Part shown: positions 29,109-46,956 of the stretch, one piece after another
Layout: every line of letters starts with the position of its first letter
How positions within the stretch are numbered: position 1 is the first letter of the stretch
From: the human T2T-CHM13v2.0 reference genome, Homo sapiens
Reading direction: 5' to 3' (one strand)
DNA: 64,000 nt
Assembly: GCF_009914755.1 (NCBI RefSeq)
Contig: NC_060926.1
Made by a program: the position numbers and the translations under genes
The notes under the pieces: generated by a model
What the model was told of the DNA's origin: nothing
The model's input: only the letters and a program-made list of their open reading frames with translations
Database searches by the model: none

Positions 29109-30201
29109 GATTCTTATAATTATTGCGATTATAATTCTTTTTTGTATAGACTGCATTTATTTTATTTAGATATTTTAATATATACAAGCAATTTGTCCCT
29201 TTATTTTAACAAACCACATAATACAGAAATAATATAATATTTAATTTTCTCTCTCACTCTAGTGTTCATTTCTAATTCTAATTATTGAGCTTTATATAGT
29301 TTCTCATATCCAAACTTTTCTCCCTTGTCCTTAAAAGCCAGAAAGCTCTGAAAGTTCTTAATGTCTCCTTGAGGAAGTTCTTATTTGCTGTTTCTTAATT
29401 CATTGTTTTTTTTTCTTGTCTTTTTTACCTAGTTTCTTCTGGTCTATTTTAACTGTATGTATGATTTACTGAGGAAAAATGTTTAAGGCACTAAAACGAG
29501 ACAAAAAGAAAGCAAAAATCAAACCCATCTTCTATCTCAGTCACGTCTCCCTTTGGTAAAAGGAAATGTTCTTTTGATTCACTGAAAAATAAACTTTCTC
29601 AAGGAAGGGACATCCCTCAGGCACATCCTAGGCATCCCTCAGTATGTGATGACCTTCAAAATGGAAGATAAAAGAACTGACTGCCCTTGAAGCATGATAT
29701 TTATGCAGACGAATGTGTAGATAATTATGCCCACTTGCGTATCCACCTGCTGTAGGGCAGTGTCACACATAGGGGGAAAACCGAATAAGAGTTAACAGAA
29801 TCTCTTTGTTTTCTGAAACAGATAAGCTAACTGGCTCATCTTGGCATCAGACTTGTGTTTTGTTCTGGTTGATTTTTAGTTTATAAGAGGAATATAAGGA
29901 CCTACACAAGAAACCAATTTGAAGACTTCTCTTATTGGCAAGGGGCACTTGGGGTTTTTTTTGAGAAGTGGGATTTTGGAGCAAAATGCTGGTTTTGGAG
30001 TCAGGTAGGACTGGGTTCAAGTTGGAGTGCTGAGATTTAACAATACACTGCTGAATTTTTTGAATCTTCTGTTGCCTTATAAATAAATTGGGGAAAATAA
30101 CATGGGATAATATTTCTATTTAAATATATTACCATAGTTTTTGGTAGAGCATAAGCACTTGCAGATAGTCTTTAATAAATCATAAGCAGAATTATAATTA
30201 T

Positions 30202-30309
30202 TATTAGTATGGTGCAAAAGTAATTGCAGTCATTATAAATGGCAAAATTATAAGTAATTGCATTACTTATAAATGCAAAAACTGCAATTGCTTTTCTGCC
30301 AACCTAATA
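30202..30309. mobile_element. MADE1 with an expanded palindromic centre
   Basis: ggtgcaaaagtaattgc ... gcaattgcttttctgccaacctaa terminal inverted repeats. Confidence 0.8.
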
Positions 30310-33300
30310 TGGATAATAGTATTTTAAAGTATTTAATGTGATTAATATAAATATTTAATGTGTAATTTAATGCCCATAAAGTTATTCAATAGACAGACAC
30401 TACTAAAATAGATAAAATAGTGCCGTCAGACCCATGGAATTTACTTTGCTACTTTTTTGGTTGATACAGGAAGAATGAATGAAAATGAGTATAAAATCAT
30501 TTCTAGTTATACTTTGTTATATATAGTTATATATTGTTTATACTAAATATTAATTGACATTATCCACACTTTTGGGTTTTAGAGGGAAATTATCGAAAGC
30601 GTCACAGAATGTGACTTACAAAATCCAAAAGGAGAATTTCTTTTTTTTTAAATTTATACTTACAATATGATCTATTCTTTTAAATTGCATGATTATTTCT
30701 AAAACACTATGCTTGAAAACATATAAGGGTCAGAATAGCAAAAGTAGAAAGTGTTTTTTAAGAATTTTAAAAACTGCCCATGATTTAAAGCCATATTTTT
30801 TCTCAAGCTTAAAAACTGTTTTCAGTGACAAATTGACTTCCCATTCTAAAAGTAATAATAATTATTATTTTTTTCGCAAATGAGCAATTAGACAGTGATA
30901 AACAATAGAGCGACTATTATTTAAATGAGTCTAAGAGGTCATTCAGTGATTTTGGTGTCAGTACTTTATTGCAATTTTGTGCCATATATCTGGTAGCCAA
31001 CAGAATATGAGCCATTTCTTGATCTGTAGTGATGGGTTTACATCCAAGGAATTATATAATGAATGCATGAGTTAGCGTCAGGCTGCAGCAAGCACCTGAG
31101 TGGCTGAAAGAAAGACTGCCCTGGAAGAAAGTGGCCTCTGGCAATTTGGAAACCCAGTTCTGCTCAGTCTTCATTATGGATCTTCAAAAGAAATGGTCCT
31201 CTGACCTCCCTTGCTTGGTCATATGTTTTGAAACTCAAACTTAATCTCGTAACATTTAAAATGTAAGTGAATCAAAGATCAATGTCAATGTCACATTAAA
31301 AAGAGTATGCGGGATGGAGTACATACCACATTAATATTTTTACTGTAGAATATTTTTACCATAATGGAAAAATCTAAGAAGCATTGGCACCATAGATGGA
31401 TCTCAGTGACCTGAGTTTGCTGTGGTCTCTACGGAGTCATGATCCCCTTTTTCTGAACAACTCCTCCAATTCTCCCTTCAAGTGCCTATTTGTTTTACTC
31501 CTGCCTTTCTGTTTAACATTATAGGGAGCCCTTAAGGACCCGGAGTCCTTATTCATTTTTAAACTTATTCTATACACATCTGTATTCATTCCAGCTCTTA
31601 TAACCTCGTATTGTTCTTTTTTAATATTATTCTTACTTCCTACTCATGTTTATGTAATTTAATACCATACACGTCTACCACATTGCTTTTACATATGAGA
31701 AGCCGTGTTAATGGCTATGGGGAGATAACAAGATTGCAAGCATCTTGAAGTCTATAATAGTTATTTGGGTTTGTTCAGTCTATCTCCGCAATGCCTAATA
31801 CACAGAACTTACTGACTATCCTGTAATTACCAAATAGTGCCAAGACTGAAGGTGTTGTGGAAAATGCCCTGCACTTGCAGACGTTCATTTGGTAAACAAA
31901 CAAATATGAATCTAATATACTTAGATGCTGATAAAAGCAATCCAGAAGGTTGTACTGTTATTTAAAAAGAAGGGATTTTTGTTTTTGTTTTTATTTTCTG
32001 TCCCTCTGAAGAGGAGCAGCATCAGCTCAGGAGTTTATTTCAGTACCAAGGGCCCGTCATCTCTTCCCATTTTCTACTTTTTCATGCTCAAGTTATCTTG
32101 CCACACTCGTTAAAGGTCTAATAAGGGAGGCAGTAAATGTTCAACAGATTATATTAACTTCCAGAATGCAACATATGCTATCTTGCCTCCATGACTTTCT
32201 TTCCTTTCTCTGAATTCACCTTCCTTGAAATCCCAAGAAATTCATGGTCATCCATCAAGTCTTATCTTCCTGGAGCTTTCTTCCATTCTCCTCCTCTGTC
32301 AGCCTATGGATCAGGTCATTCTAACCGGAGAGCATTATTCATTTTTATCTAGAGTCTCATCACTGAATGTTCTGTGTATCAGAATCCTATAATTGGGTCA
32401 TCTTGGTAGAAGTGATCTGTTTTCTATATAAGTATTCTTTCAAACAGCATGATATAAGTAACTGATCATTCACAATGAGGGAATATATTCAGTTATTCAT
32501 ATCCAACAGTCAAGATAACATCATTGCTGGTTTGTTATACACACATTTCATTTCCTCAAACAACTTGAAATATTGTTTAATATTTTAATTAGCATCAAGC
32601 TTCAGACAAGTCAGACATCCTATCTGGATGACTGAACTCTAACCTGCTATACTATTCTCTACTTACACTTCCTTTCTTTAGTTTATTGCTTTTTGCTCTC
32701 TCTCTCTTTTAGTTGCTTTTCCACTCTGCTGCTAGGTTGAACTTGGCAAAATCCATATCTGAGAATGTAGCCCTCCTATCTAAAATCTTCTCATTATTCA
32801 TTCATCATTGATTAAAGCTCTGCGTTTTCCCTCACACTACGTAACAGTCTTCATGATATATTTTCTATTTTTCTCTTCGTTTTTATCTCACATCAGCCAC
32901 CCCCAAAGAGAAATCCCATCCTTTAGACAGACTGCTTTGTTCTGGGGAACACCACCACTTCAATCATCACTTGTGTTTTCACATAGCCTCCCAGTGCCCT
33001 GAGTTTGCCTGCCCACCTGGAGAAGTTCTCTTAAGACTTCCAGACACACTTCCAGATAACTTTATGCACACCGCTATTACAAACATGTAACCATACCAGA
33101 TTACAACATTTACTTTGCTTTCTCTCCTGTTAAACTGCCAATTCCTTTTGAATAGTTTTGCCATACCGCACTAACTGGAGCATTATTTGATAGAATAAAT
33201 GAATGAATATATGAATACATCAATGAATAAGTAAACAAATCAATTAACCCTGAGTTTGTCCTCAAGAATGAATTAAGTCGAGATGGAGAAATGGAGAAAT

Positions 33301-34704
33301 AAATGATTTGTGAGTTTATAATTGATTTCTGTATGGGTCCATTTCTCTGCAATTTAGTTTTGTACTCAGAATGAGACGCGAGTTTCTAATTTCTCTTATA
33401 GTCTTTCTGGATAGGGCTGAATATTGATTGATTTTCATGCTGTCTCTTCACTGTTTCTTTTTACAATTTTTTTACTTAGCTTAAGATAATAAGAATTGAT
33501 ATTAGCTACCATTTATTGTTATTGTGCAAAGAGTGTCTTGCTGAGAATATTTAGACATCATCTTTAGTCCTTATAGAAATCATCCAAGGTGAATACTACT
33601 GTCCTCATGTTAACACAAGGAAACTATAACTAAAATAGGTCATGTATGTGTTCCCCCAAGTTCACAGAAGGAAAAGTTAAGGTTTGGACTCAAGTTTTAT
33701 ATATCTATTTTCTGTATTAAAACCTCTGCTGTATTACCCAATGCTGCCTGCCTACATAGTCCACCGTATTATGATAATTATTGGCATATTATCAAAGAAT
33801 GATGACTTGAATCAGAAGAGGCTTCTCTACCGCCAAATTCTTATGAACTTTTCTTCTTTCCACTGAACAGTTTATAATAGTTTCTGGAATATAACATTTT
33901 CCACATGTACTATGTTAATGCTTTGGTGTAAAGTATTGATTATACAAATCATGACTGAGTTCATGAATATTCCACAAGAGAGATCAAATTCTCAGCTCAG
34001 ATTATTTAATAAAATTCTGAATTCTCATCAAAATGTTCACTTTGTGGGAAGTCTTTTCTACTCTGTATTTGTTTCATAGATTCCTAGGGTTTTCGCAGAT
34101 CAGATTGTGAGAGGTGAGTTCATTTTGTTTCCCAAGGATGAAGACATATATATTCCAATAACTTCCAACATCATTTGATCTTCTATTTGTTCATGCCAAA
34201 TACACATCTACTTTTACCCTCAGTTTCTTGCAAAAATAGTACATATACCGTCTGATGTGGGTGAAAGAGATAGCTTGTTGATATTAATGTTTGTCTCAAA
34301 GAGGGATTATTATTGCTTTGCCATATAATGAGGTTCAAAGCTTAAATTTTAGGTTTATCATTTTTGTATCTTTGTCATTTACATGGATGGAGAATGTACC
34401 CACACTGTAATACATAGAAAATGACTAAGAAGAAAAAAGGCAGTGGCATTTAATCTTGTTAATAGAAGGGGAGAAGGTGATCATTTGTTTCTGTTTTTTT
34501 CTTGAACATATTTAAACTTGTTCTTTCACAATTTGTAGATAATGCATCTTAAATGTCAGCATTAACTTCTTACCACTATTTAAAGTTGTACAAACTCAAA
34601 CTTGCTGTATTAAGAAGGTGACATGGGGGAAAAACCCAAATTTAGATAAATTTATAGATAATGCCTAAGCTATAATATTTGTTTGGTGTTTATTTTAACT
34701 GGAA

Positions 34705-34780
34705 TATATATATATGTGTATATATGTGTGTGTGTGTATATATATATATACACACGTATATGCACACACAGAAACACACA
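34705..34780. repeat. (TA)/(TG)/(CA) compound microsatellite
   Basis: Directly visible. Confidence 0.9.
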
Positions 34781-36432
34781 TGCCATTTTAGGTCTTCTGT
34801 TAACATAGGTTTTAGATATGCATGGATTCACAGAATTATATGAATGATATAATATGGTTTCATATGAATGATATGGGCTTATTAATAGTTCCTATTTAAA
34901 ACTTACATGTATATGACATATTTACAGATACACTACTGAATACTTTTTATAAGAAATATTGAACTTCGTAATTTACAAAGTTCTTAGTTTTAGATGGTCA
35001 TATAAATGTAGTCATTAATGTAAGGGTAATTCATATTGAAATCAGTCTCTTTTTCTGTTTTAATTAGTTATTTGTTTTTAAGAAAAAACATATTAGGATA
35101 TAAGATTAACTATATTATTAGTTTAACATGACTTTGAAAGGTGAAGTTAAAAATACCAAGATACAGTGTATTCTTTCTTGGTAATCCCACACATCTCCAC
35201 ATCAGAGGAATACATCAATGACATTATGTTATTCCAGGATTTTTTAAATAATATATTCTTTCCTTTTGACTTATATATAAAAACAGTACATTATGAATCA
35301 TGTAAGGCTGTGTAGCATGTAAGTCAAAGTGTGTCTATGATGATGGGAGGCTAGGCCAGAGCTCCAGGCTTTTCTAGTCCAACATACATATATTTTTGAG
35401 CAACAAGTAATGTGCAAAGTTCCCTACTAAAAATTACAGGGCTTCTAGGAGATATAAAACTTGGGAAGAAACTAATAATTATTGTATTTTTAAAAGAAAA
35501 CCACAACCCAAATAATACAATTGTTATTAATATAGTAAAGTTTTAATCAACGTTTTGATTTGGAATCATTCAGTCATTTTCAGCATCGGACTTTAGCACT
35601 TGTTCTTCCTCTTGGAGGGCATTCTCTTATAGCCGTTTTTTCTCATTTTTAGCATGCCATTTTAATCAAAATTATAAACCTGATCTAGCTGTAGCCTTCT
35701 TCATTAATCCACTATCTGAGTCCATGTCTTTGTAGCCTGTATGATTAGAGCTCTCAGTTGTCACCTGTCCCTCAGTAACATGGAGGAAGCATAATCAATT
35801 GGAAGTTGCTAGATCAGCCACAACTCACCCTAAAAAAGTGCTTCCGTTGATTTTTAGCTTTTTTATTAAGGTTCCAATATATTGCTAAGACTTTTTCCTT
35901 ACTTATAAGAAAATGTGGCTCTGATTTCCTCTAGACATTAATACCTTGGGAAAGGCTGTGTCTGCGCCACTATGACAGTGCATTATACTGACATAATCTC
36001 CCTGTTTTTCATCACATAGAAAACATGTCATACAAGATAAATCTATGTTGCACAAAACATGCTGCATCTTTGGGAATTAAAAGTGTTGAAAATTATATTG
36101 ATACATATATGTTAATGTATAGGTTATATATATTTTAATTTATAAGGGCACACAAAAAAAGTCCATCTATATAACATGTAGTTTACACACTTCCTATGCT
36201 TTTATTTTTTCTTTTTTTATTAATATTATTATACTTTAAGTTTTAGGGTGCATGTGCACAACATGCAGGTTTCTTACATATGTATACATGTGCCATGTTG
36301 GTGTGCTGCACCCATTAACACGTCATTTAGCATTAGGTATATCTCCTAATGCTATCCCTCCCCCCTCCCCCCACCCCACAACAGGCCCTGGTGTGTGATG
36401 TTCCCCTTCCTGTGTCCATGTGTTCTCATTGT

Positions 36433-40268
<3,836 letters not shown>

Positions 40269-40315
40269 TTATTTTGCTCATTAGTTGATGCAGTTTCTTC
40301 CTAGTCTTCATGGTC

Positions 40316-41332
40316 TTTACAATTTGGCATGTTTTTGCAGTGGCTGGTACCGGTTGTTCCTTTCCATGTTTAGTGCTTCCTTCAGGAGCTCTTTTAGGGC
40401 AGGCCTGGTGGTGACAAAATCTCTCAGCATTTGCTTGTCTGTAAAGTGTTTTTTTCTCCTTCACTTATGAAGCTCAGTTTGGCTGGATATGAAATTCTGG
40501 GTTGAAAATGCTTTTCTTTAAGAATGTTAAATATTGGCCCCCACTATCTTCTGGCTTCTAGAGTTTCTGCCGAGGGATCCGCTGTTAGTCTGACAGGCTT
40601 CCCTTTGTGGGTAACCCGACCTTTCTCTCTGGCTGCCCTTAACATTTTTTCCTTCATTTCAACTTTGGTGAATCTGACAATTATGTGTCTTGGAGTTGCT
40701 CTTCTCGAGCAGTATCTTTGTGGCATTCTCTGTATTTCCTGAATCTGAATATTGGCCTTCCTTGCTAGATTGGGGAAGTTCTCCTGGATAATATCCTGCA
40801 GAGTGTTTTCCAACTTGGTTCCATTCTCCCCGTCACTTTCAGGTACACCAATCAGACGTAGATTTGGTCTTTTCACATAGTCCCATATTTCTTGGAGGCT
40901 TTGTTCATTTCTTTTTATTCTTTTTTCTCTAAACTTCTCTTCATGCTTCATTTCATTCATTTCGTCTTCTATCGCTGATACCCTTTCTTCCAGTTGATCG
41001 CATCGGTTACTGAGGCTTGTGCATTCGTCACGTAGTTCTCGTGCCTTGGTTTTCAGCTCCAACAGGTCCTTTAAGGACTTCTCTGCACTGGTTATTCTAG
41101 TTATCCTTTCATCTAATATTTTTTCAAAGTTTTTAACTTCTTTGCCACGGGTTCGAACTTCCTCCTTTAGCTCGGAGTAGTTTGATCTTCTGAACCCTTC
41201 CTCTCTCAACTTGTCAAAGTCATTCTCCATGCAGCTTCGTTCCGTTGCTGGTGAGGAACTGCGTTCCTTTGGAGGAGGAGAGGCGCTCTGGTTTTTAGAG
41301 TTTCTGGTTTTTCTGCTCTGTTTTTTCCCCAT
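40316..41332 (-). pseudogene. L1 ORF1p with a premature stop after 262 aa (at 40544)
   Basis: MGKKQSRKT...RPNLRLIGVPE...ETLEARR*; intact ORF1p is 338 aa; lower boundary approximate. Confidence 0.92.
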
Positions 41333-41749
41333 CTTTGTGGTTTTATCTACCTTTGTTCCTTGATGATGGTGATGTACAGATGGGTTTTTGGTGTGGATGT
41401 CCTTTCTGTTTGTTAGTTTTCCTTCTAACAGTCAGGACCCTCAGCTGCAGGTCTGTCGGAGTTTACTGGAGGTCCACTCCAGACCCTGTTTGCCTGGGTA
41501 TCAGCAGTGGTGGCTGCAGAACAGTGGATACTGGTGAACCGCAAATGCTGCTGCCTGATTGTTCCTCTGGAAGTTTTGTCTCACAGGAGTACCCGGCTAT
41601 GTGAGGTGTCAGTCTGCCCCTTCTGGGGAGTGCCTCCCAGTTAGGCTACTCGGGGGTCAGGGACCCACTTGAGGAGGCAGTCTGCCTGTTCTCAGATCTC
41701 AAGCTGCATGCTGGGAAAACTACTACTCTCTTCAAAGCTGTCAGACAGG

Positions 41750-41960
41750 GACATTTAAGTCTGCAGAGGTTATTGCTGTCTTTTGTTTGTCTGTGCCCTG
41801 CCCCCAGAGGTGGAGCCTACAGAGGCAGGCAGGCCTCCTTGAGCTGTGGTGGGCTCCACCCAGTTGGAGCTTCTGGGCTGCTTTGTTTATCTACTCAAGC
41901 CTCAGCAATGGCAGGCGCCCCTCCCCCAGCCTCACTGCCACCTTGCAGTTTGATCTCAGA
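41750..41960 (+). promoter_or_regulatory. L1 antisense promoter region (nt ~400-600 of the 5' UTR), pointing in the DPP10 sense direction
   Basis: Position inferred from the known L1 5' UTR layout; activity cannot be seen in the sequence. Confidence 0.55.
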
Positions 41961-42048
41961 CTGCTGTGCTAGCAATCAGCGAGGCTCGGTGGGCTTAGGA
42001 CCCTCCGAGCCAGGTGTGGGGTATAATCTCCTGGTGCACCGTTTGTGA
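41908..42048 (+). pseudogene. L1 antisense ORF0, truncated at 46 aa by an in-frame TGA
   Basis: MAGAPPPASLPPCSLISDCCASNQRGSVGLGPSEPGVGYNLLVHRL*; ORF0-like residues ([15 protein letters not shown]) continue in the same frame after the stop. Confidence 0.85.
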
Positions 42049-42356
42049 AGCCTGTTGGAAAAGCAAAGTATTAGGGTGGGAGTGACCCGATTTTCCAGGT
42101 GCCATCTGTCACCCCTTTCTTTGACTAGGAAAGGGAATTCCCTGACCCCTTGCGCTTCCCGGGTGAGGCGATGCCTCGCCCTGCTTTGGCTCACACAGGG
42201 TGCGCTGTACCCACTGTCCTGCACCCACTGTCTGGCACTCCCCAGTGAGATGAACCCAGTACCTCAGCTGGAAATGCAGAAATCACCCGTCTTCTGCGTG
42301 GCTCAGGCAGGGAGCTGTAGACTGGAGCTGTTCCTATTCGGCCATCTTGGCTCCCA

Positions 42357-42719
<363 letters not shown>

Positions 42720-45254
42720 TAATCCCCGTTTTTGCAGGTGAGAACCCTTGAGGGACAGAACTGATGAGCAATATGCCTCATGTTGGACAACTACTAAGAA
42801 GTGAAAACTCAGCAACAATGTGCCATACAAGCTTTTATTACTTTTCCCTAAGAAAAAATTCTAGGGATAAAGGAATTTAAAATACGTGGTGTAAATTCAG
42901 AAAAAGACCCATAATTAGAGCTTAATAAATAAAAGAGATTTTTTAACACCTTAAATTTATAATCTTATTCTGGCTAAGAATTCCAATTTCCTTTTGCCTT
43001 GAGGATATAATTGCTTATATGCCAAAGGTATAAGTGAATATTTTGTTGAGGTCAACTTTTATAATTGTGTTCTCTCAAAAAACTGGTGTTATTTGTCTAT
43101 CTATGGTTTATAATTTCTTTACCGCTATATGTCGGTTTACTAAGTTGCAAGATGGTTCTGCTACTGCCTGCTTATACTTAGTACTATAATCATTATTATT
43201 CCTATTTAACTGATGCAAAAACTCAGCTAAGGTGTAAAATTCCCTATGTTTATATAACCACACTTTCCAGTTGATAAATGGATTTTTAGAATGCAGGTAA
43301 AGGATTATATAGTTAGAAAACCAGTATTGTATCACCACCATACATTACTGAAGGTGTCATGATGCCCTACCAAGGATGAAATACAGGTTGAAAGTTAGTA
43401 ATAATTAGCATCCATTCCTGTATTATCAACCCATTGCACACATATGTATCCTTCGATATGTAGCCTATATGTATTGTCAGCCTCAGTACGTACTCACTAC
43501 ATTCCCATGCTGAATTGCCCTCTCCTTGAAAAAATACAGAAATTTAAGTTTGTTGTGGAGATTGTCACCTGCTTCTTTTTTAAAGATACACACACTTTGT
43601 TCTATTTTTTATCTAAATTGCCCCCCCACCCCCAGTTCCTGAAGCAAGCATGTAGAATATTTTCCATGATCATATCCAAAGTGGACCTGCTGCATAGGAG
43701 AGTCACATTGCAGTTATGTGCACGTGAAAACTGAGATAAATTCTCCTGTCTTTGGTGTGTTTATAAAATGTGCTAAGCTTTCTTTTAACCATGAATAATT
43801 TAGGTATGACCCTTTCTAAGTGCAAGAGAATAGATCAAATGCTATCCTAGCTCTGTGATGATATAGCTATTCCCAGCAACTGAAAGAAAAGATCATCAAA
43901 GCCTCTTACCTTTCTACTTACTCACTCACACTGTTAGAAATTATCTCAAATGAAAATTGGCCAAAGGATAAGAATTAATGTACTAAGACTTTGACAGCAA
44001 ATATCATTAGGAGATTGTACATTCCTTCTATTTTATTGAACAATTTCTGGCTAGGAGATGTCCCTGAGGTCCTTTTCTATTGGTTGTATTCTTATATTTT
44101 CATGTGCTGTCCAAGATGTTTATCCTGAGGTTAATTTTGTGTGGATAATGCTAACAGTCCATTTCTGAGTTTTAGAGCTGGCTCATTAATATCTATGCTG
44201 TTCAGTGTTTCAACTTGTGTAACAATAAGGCTTTCAGTTTTTGGATTTGTACTACAGTACGCGTAACTGCAGTTAAACAACTGGACTCTGTTTTTTCTTC
44301 ATTACTCTCATGATGGTCATTATGCAGTTTTTGCATCAGGCTAAGGAGACAATCTCTGGCTTTCATTCAAGATAAAGAGCAAAATAGTATCAAATTCCCT
44401 TCAAGACAAGGAAGAGTGCCTTTGGCCGATAATAGTTCATCATGACATAAGGAAAACTATTTCATTAAAAATAGAAGAGAGAAAAAAGGGATAAGTAGGA
44501 GGAAGGCTAGGGGAGAGATCCAAAAAAAGATTCAATTTTATTAATGCAAAATACCCAAACTTGGAGATCAAGAAAAAAAAAACATTAAAACATCAAATAT
44601 ATGTTTGGTTTTTTTTTAATTCTTTAAAAACACAAAAAATTCTGATTGAGGAAAAACATTAAATGCATTTTTCAGGTTTATCTGAAGTCACAGATAACAA
44701 TGTTAATGAACAGACCCACATATGAATAAGTGAAAAGACTTAAGAATGTTTTCTTTAAAATCAAACTATAACTGAGTTCAGAGGCACTCTGGATTTTAGC
44801 AATTTAAAAGCAATCACTGCTACTAATCTAACTATGAAGAAACTCGTAAGATACCTTTAACATATGGATAATAAAATTGCAAAAGTGCCAGACACGTGTT
44901 CGAGAGATACACGCTGAGCAGCATATACGTGTGCGAAAGGCACAATATTTCTTTTCCATTTGTATGGCCGTGTAACTATAATTCAAGCCAGCGAAGATTT
45001 ATTTATGTGACATAAAGACTACTAGAATAATAAAGAGATTTTTAAATTATGTGTATTTGTGCAAATAGACTAGAGGTCAAGAATACTTCGATGACATAAA
45101 ACCACCTTCCCTGAGAAACGATGTTCTTGAATGAGAGTGCAGGAATTATTGATGCAGAGTTGCATAGAGATAGTCAGATTTGGGTGGCTCAGCTTCTACA
45201 AGAGGAATGGAAGGTGTAAGGTCAAGTCCCAAAGTGTTGTCCAGAACTAGGTTA

Positions 45255-45460
45255 ATAATATTGAACACCTATACCAAGGACCAGGCACTTTACGCAGCTA
45301 CATATAGAATCTCATTTAATCCCTGCCATAACTCTACTGGGTAGATGCTATTATCACCCTCTATACCAAATTAAAAGCAAACGTAGGCATAAGTGTCTAA
45401 AGCCACTGGACCTGGGCTCAACTCAGTTTGATTTGATCCCCATATCACCTGTACCTTTTC
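45255..45460 (-). mobile_element. MIR (similar weaker copies near 30.0, 33.5, 42.7 and 48.8 kb)
   Basis: ccaggcactttac...atctcatttaatcc...gtagatgctattatc. Confidence 0.65.
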
Positions 45461-46664
45461 ACAGTGACATGCTTACTTCTTTATAAAGTCTAGGTCATGA
45501 ATGCAGGCAACCTTTCTGAAGGTTTGACAATGGACAAAGTCTGAGAATAAAAATAGATGAGTACAAGTGATTTGGAGGTTAGTACAATTTGAGAATTTAA
45601 TTTATGAACAGAATTTTTTATACATTATCAGGTAGCCTTCATCATAATCACCGCCAGAAAGAAAAATCTTAGAACTAGGAGATAGGGTCTTGGTAGCGGC
45701 ATGAACAACCTTGATCGAATCAACTGCTTTCCTGGTTATGACTTATAAAAAAAGGAATTCAACCAAAAGCTACACTGTAAATAAACTAGGGTGAGGAATT
45801 TGAAGATTATCTTAACAATATCCCTAATGGAAGAAGATGAGAATGTGGACAAGAAACAGTTCTCTGGTAGGAAAAAAATAATGTAATTCCTTACATGATG
45901 AAGTAAATACAGTGTATGAGAAAATTCATTCAGCCATTCTTCATGTAGGAAAATCCATCTATGAGAAGAAATTTAAAAATAATAAAGAGATAAATAGAAG
46001 GAATTGGCCCAAGAGGCCCTTAGCCAATATGTGGATCTATGTGTACATACTGCTTGAAAGAGGGCAAACTTCATTATACTTTAGATACACATATGCTGCA
46101 ACTAAATCATCATGGATTATAAATCTCTATAAAGTAAATTTTTAATTAAACCAAGGCAAATATTGTTTAAAGCTGCTATCCTATGTTAATCTCATATTCT
46201 ACCTGAAATGAATTGTCATGAAGAATAAAATGGAAGCATAGATAGTTGATTATGCTTCAGAATATAAGGTAATATTGTTCTTTGCATATTGTTTCCTTTT
46301 CCTTACCTTGATTTTTATTCTGTTCTTTACTCCTCCTTTCACATTCTTTTTAAATTCATAATACCTACAATTAAATTGCAACCCTTGGTTCTCAAGGATT
46401 CTAGCTTTCAAACAGGTACTCGTGCAACTGAGCGAACCTGTTGTAGGCCTAGAAAGAGCAATGAACTGAGATGACTATAAAGCAGTTCTCTCTATGTCCC
46501 CTCTTTCCACTGCCCCAGTGGACACAGGTAAGCAGCTGACAAATTCTGCCATGCTTTCAACTGGTCGTCAGAAGTCCTCTCGTTAGAATAATATTCTTCC
46601 TTCCATTTATTATAACTAAAGCTTTACTGATAAGGATAAGAGCTTTCAAAAATGTACTTTTAAT

Positions 46665-46956
46665 GGGGTGCGGTGGCTCACGCCTGTAATCCCAGCACTT
46701 TGGGAGGCCGAGGCAGGCAGATCACGAGGTCAGGAGATCGAGACCATCCTGGCTAACATGGTGAAACCTCATCTCTACTAAAAATACAAAAAATTAGCCA
46801 GGCATGGTGGCGGGAGCCTGTAGTCCCAGCTACTTGGGAGGCTGAGGCAGGAGAATTGCTGAACCCGGGAGGCGGATCTGGCAGTGAGCCGAGATCGCAC
46901 CACTGCACTCCAGCCTGGGCGACAGAGCGAGACTCCATCTCGAAAAAAAAAAAAAA
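46665..46956 (+). mobile_element. AluY/Sc-like
   Basis: Full dimer with A tail. Confidence 0.92.
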
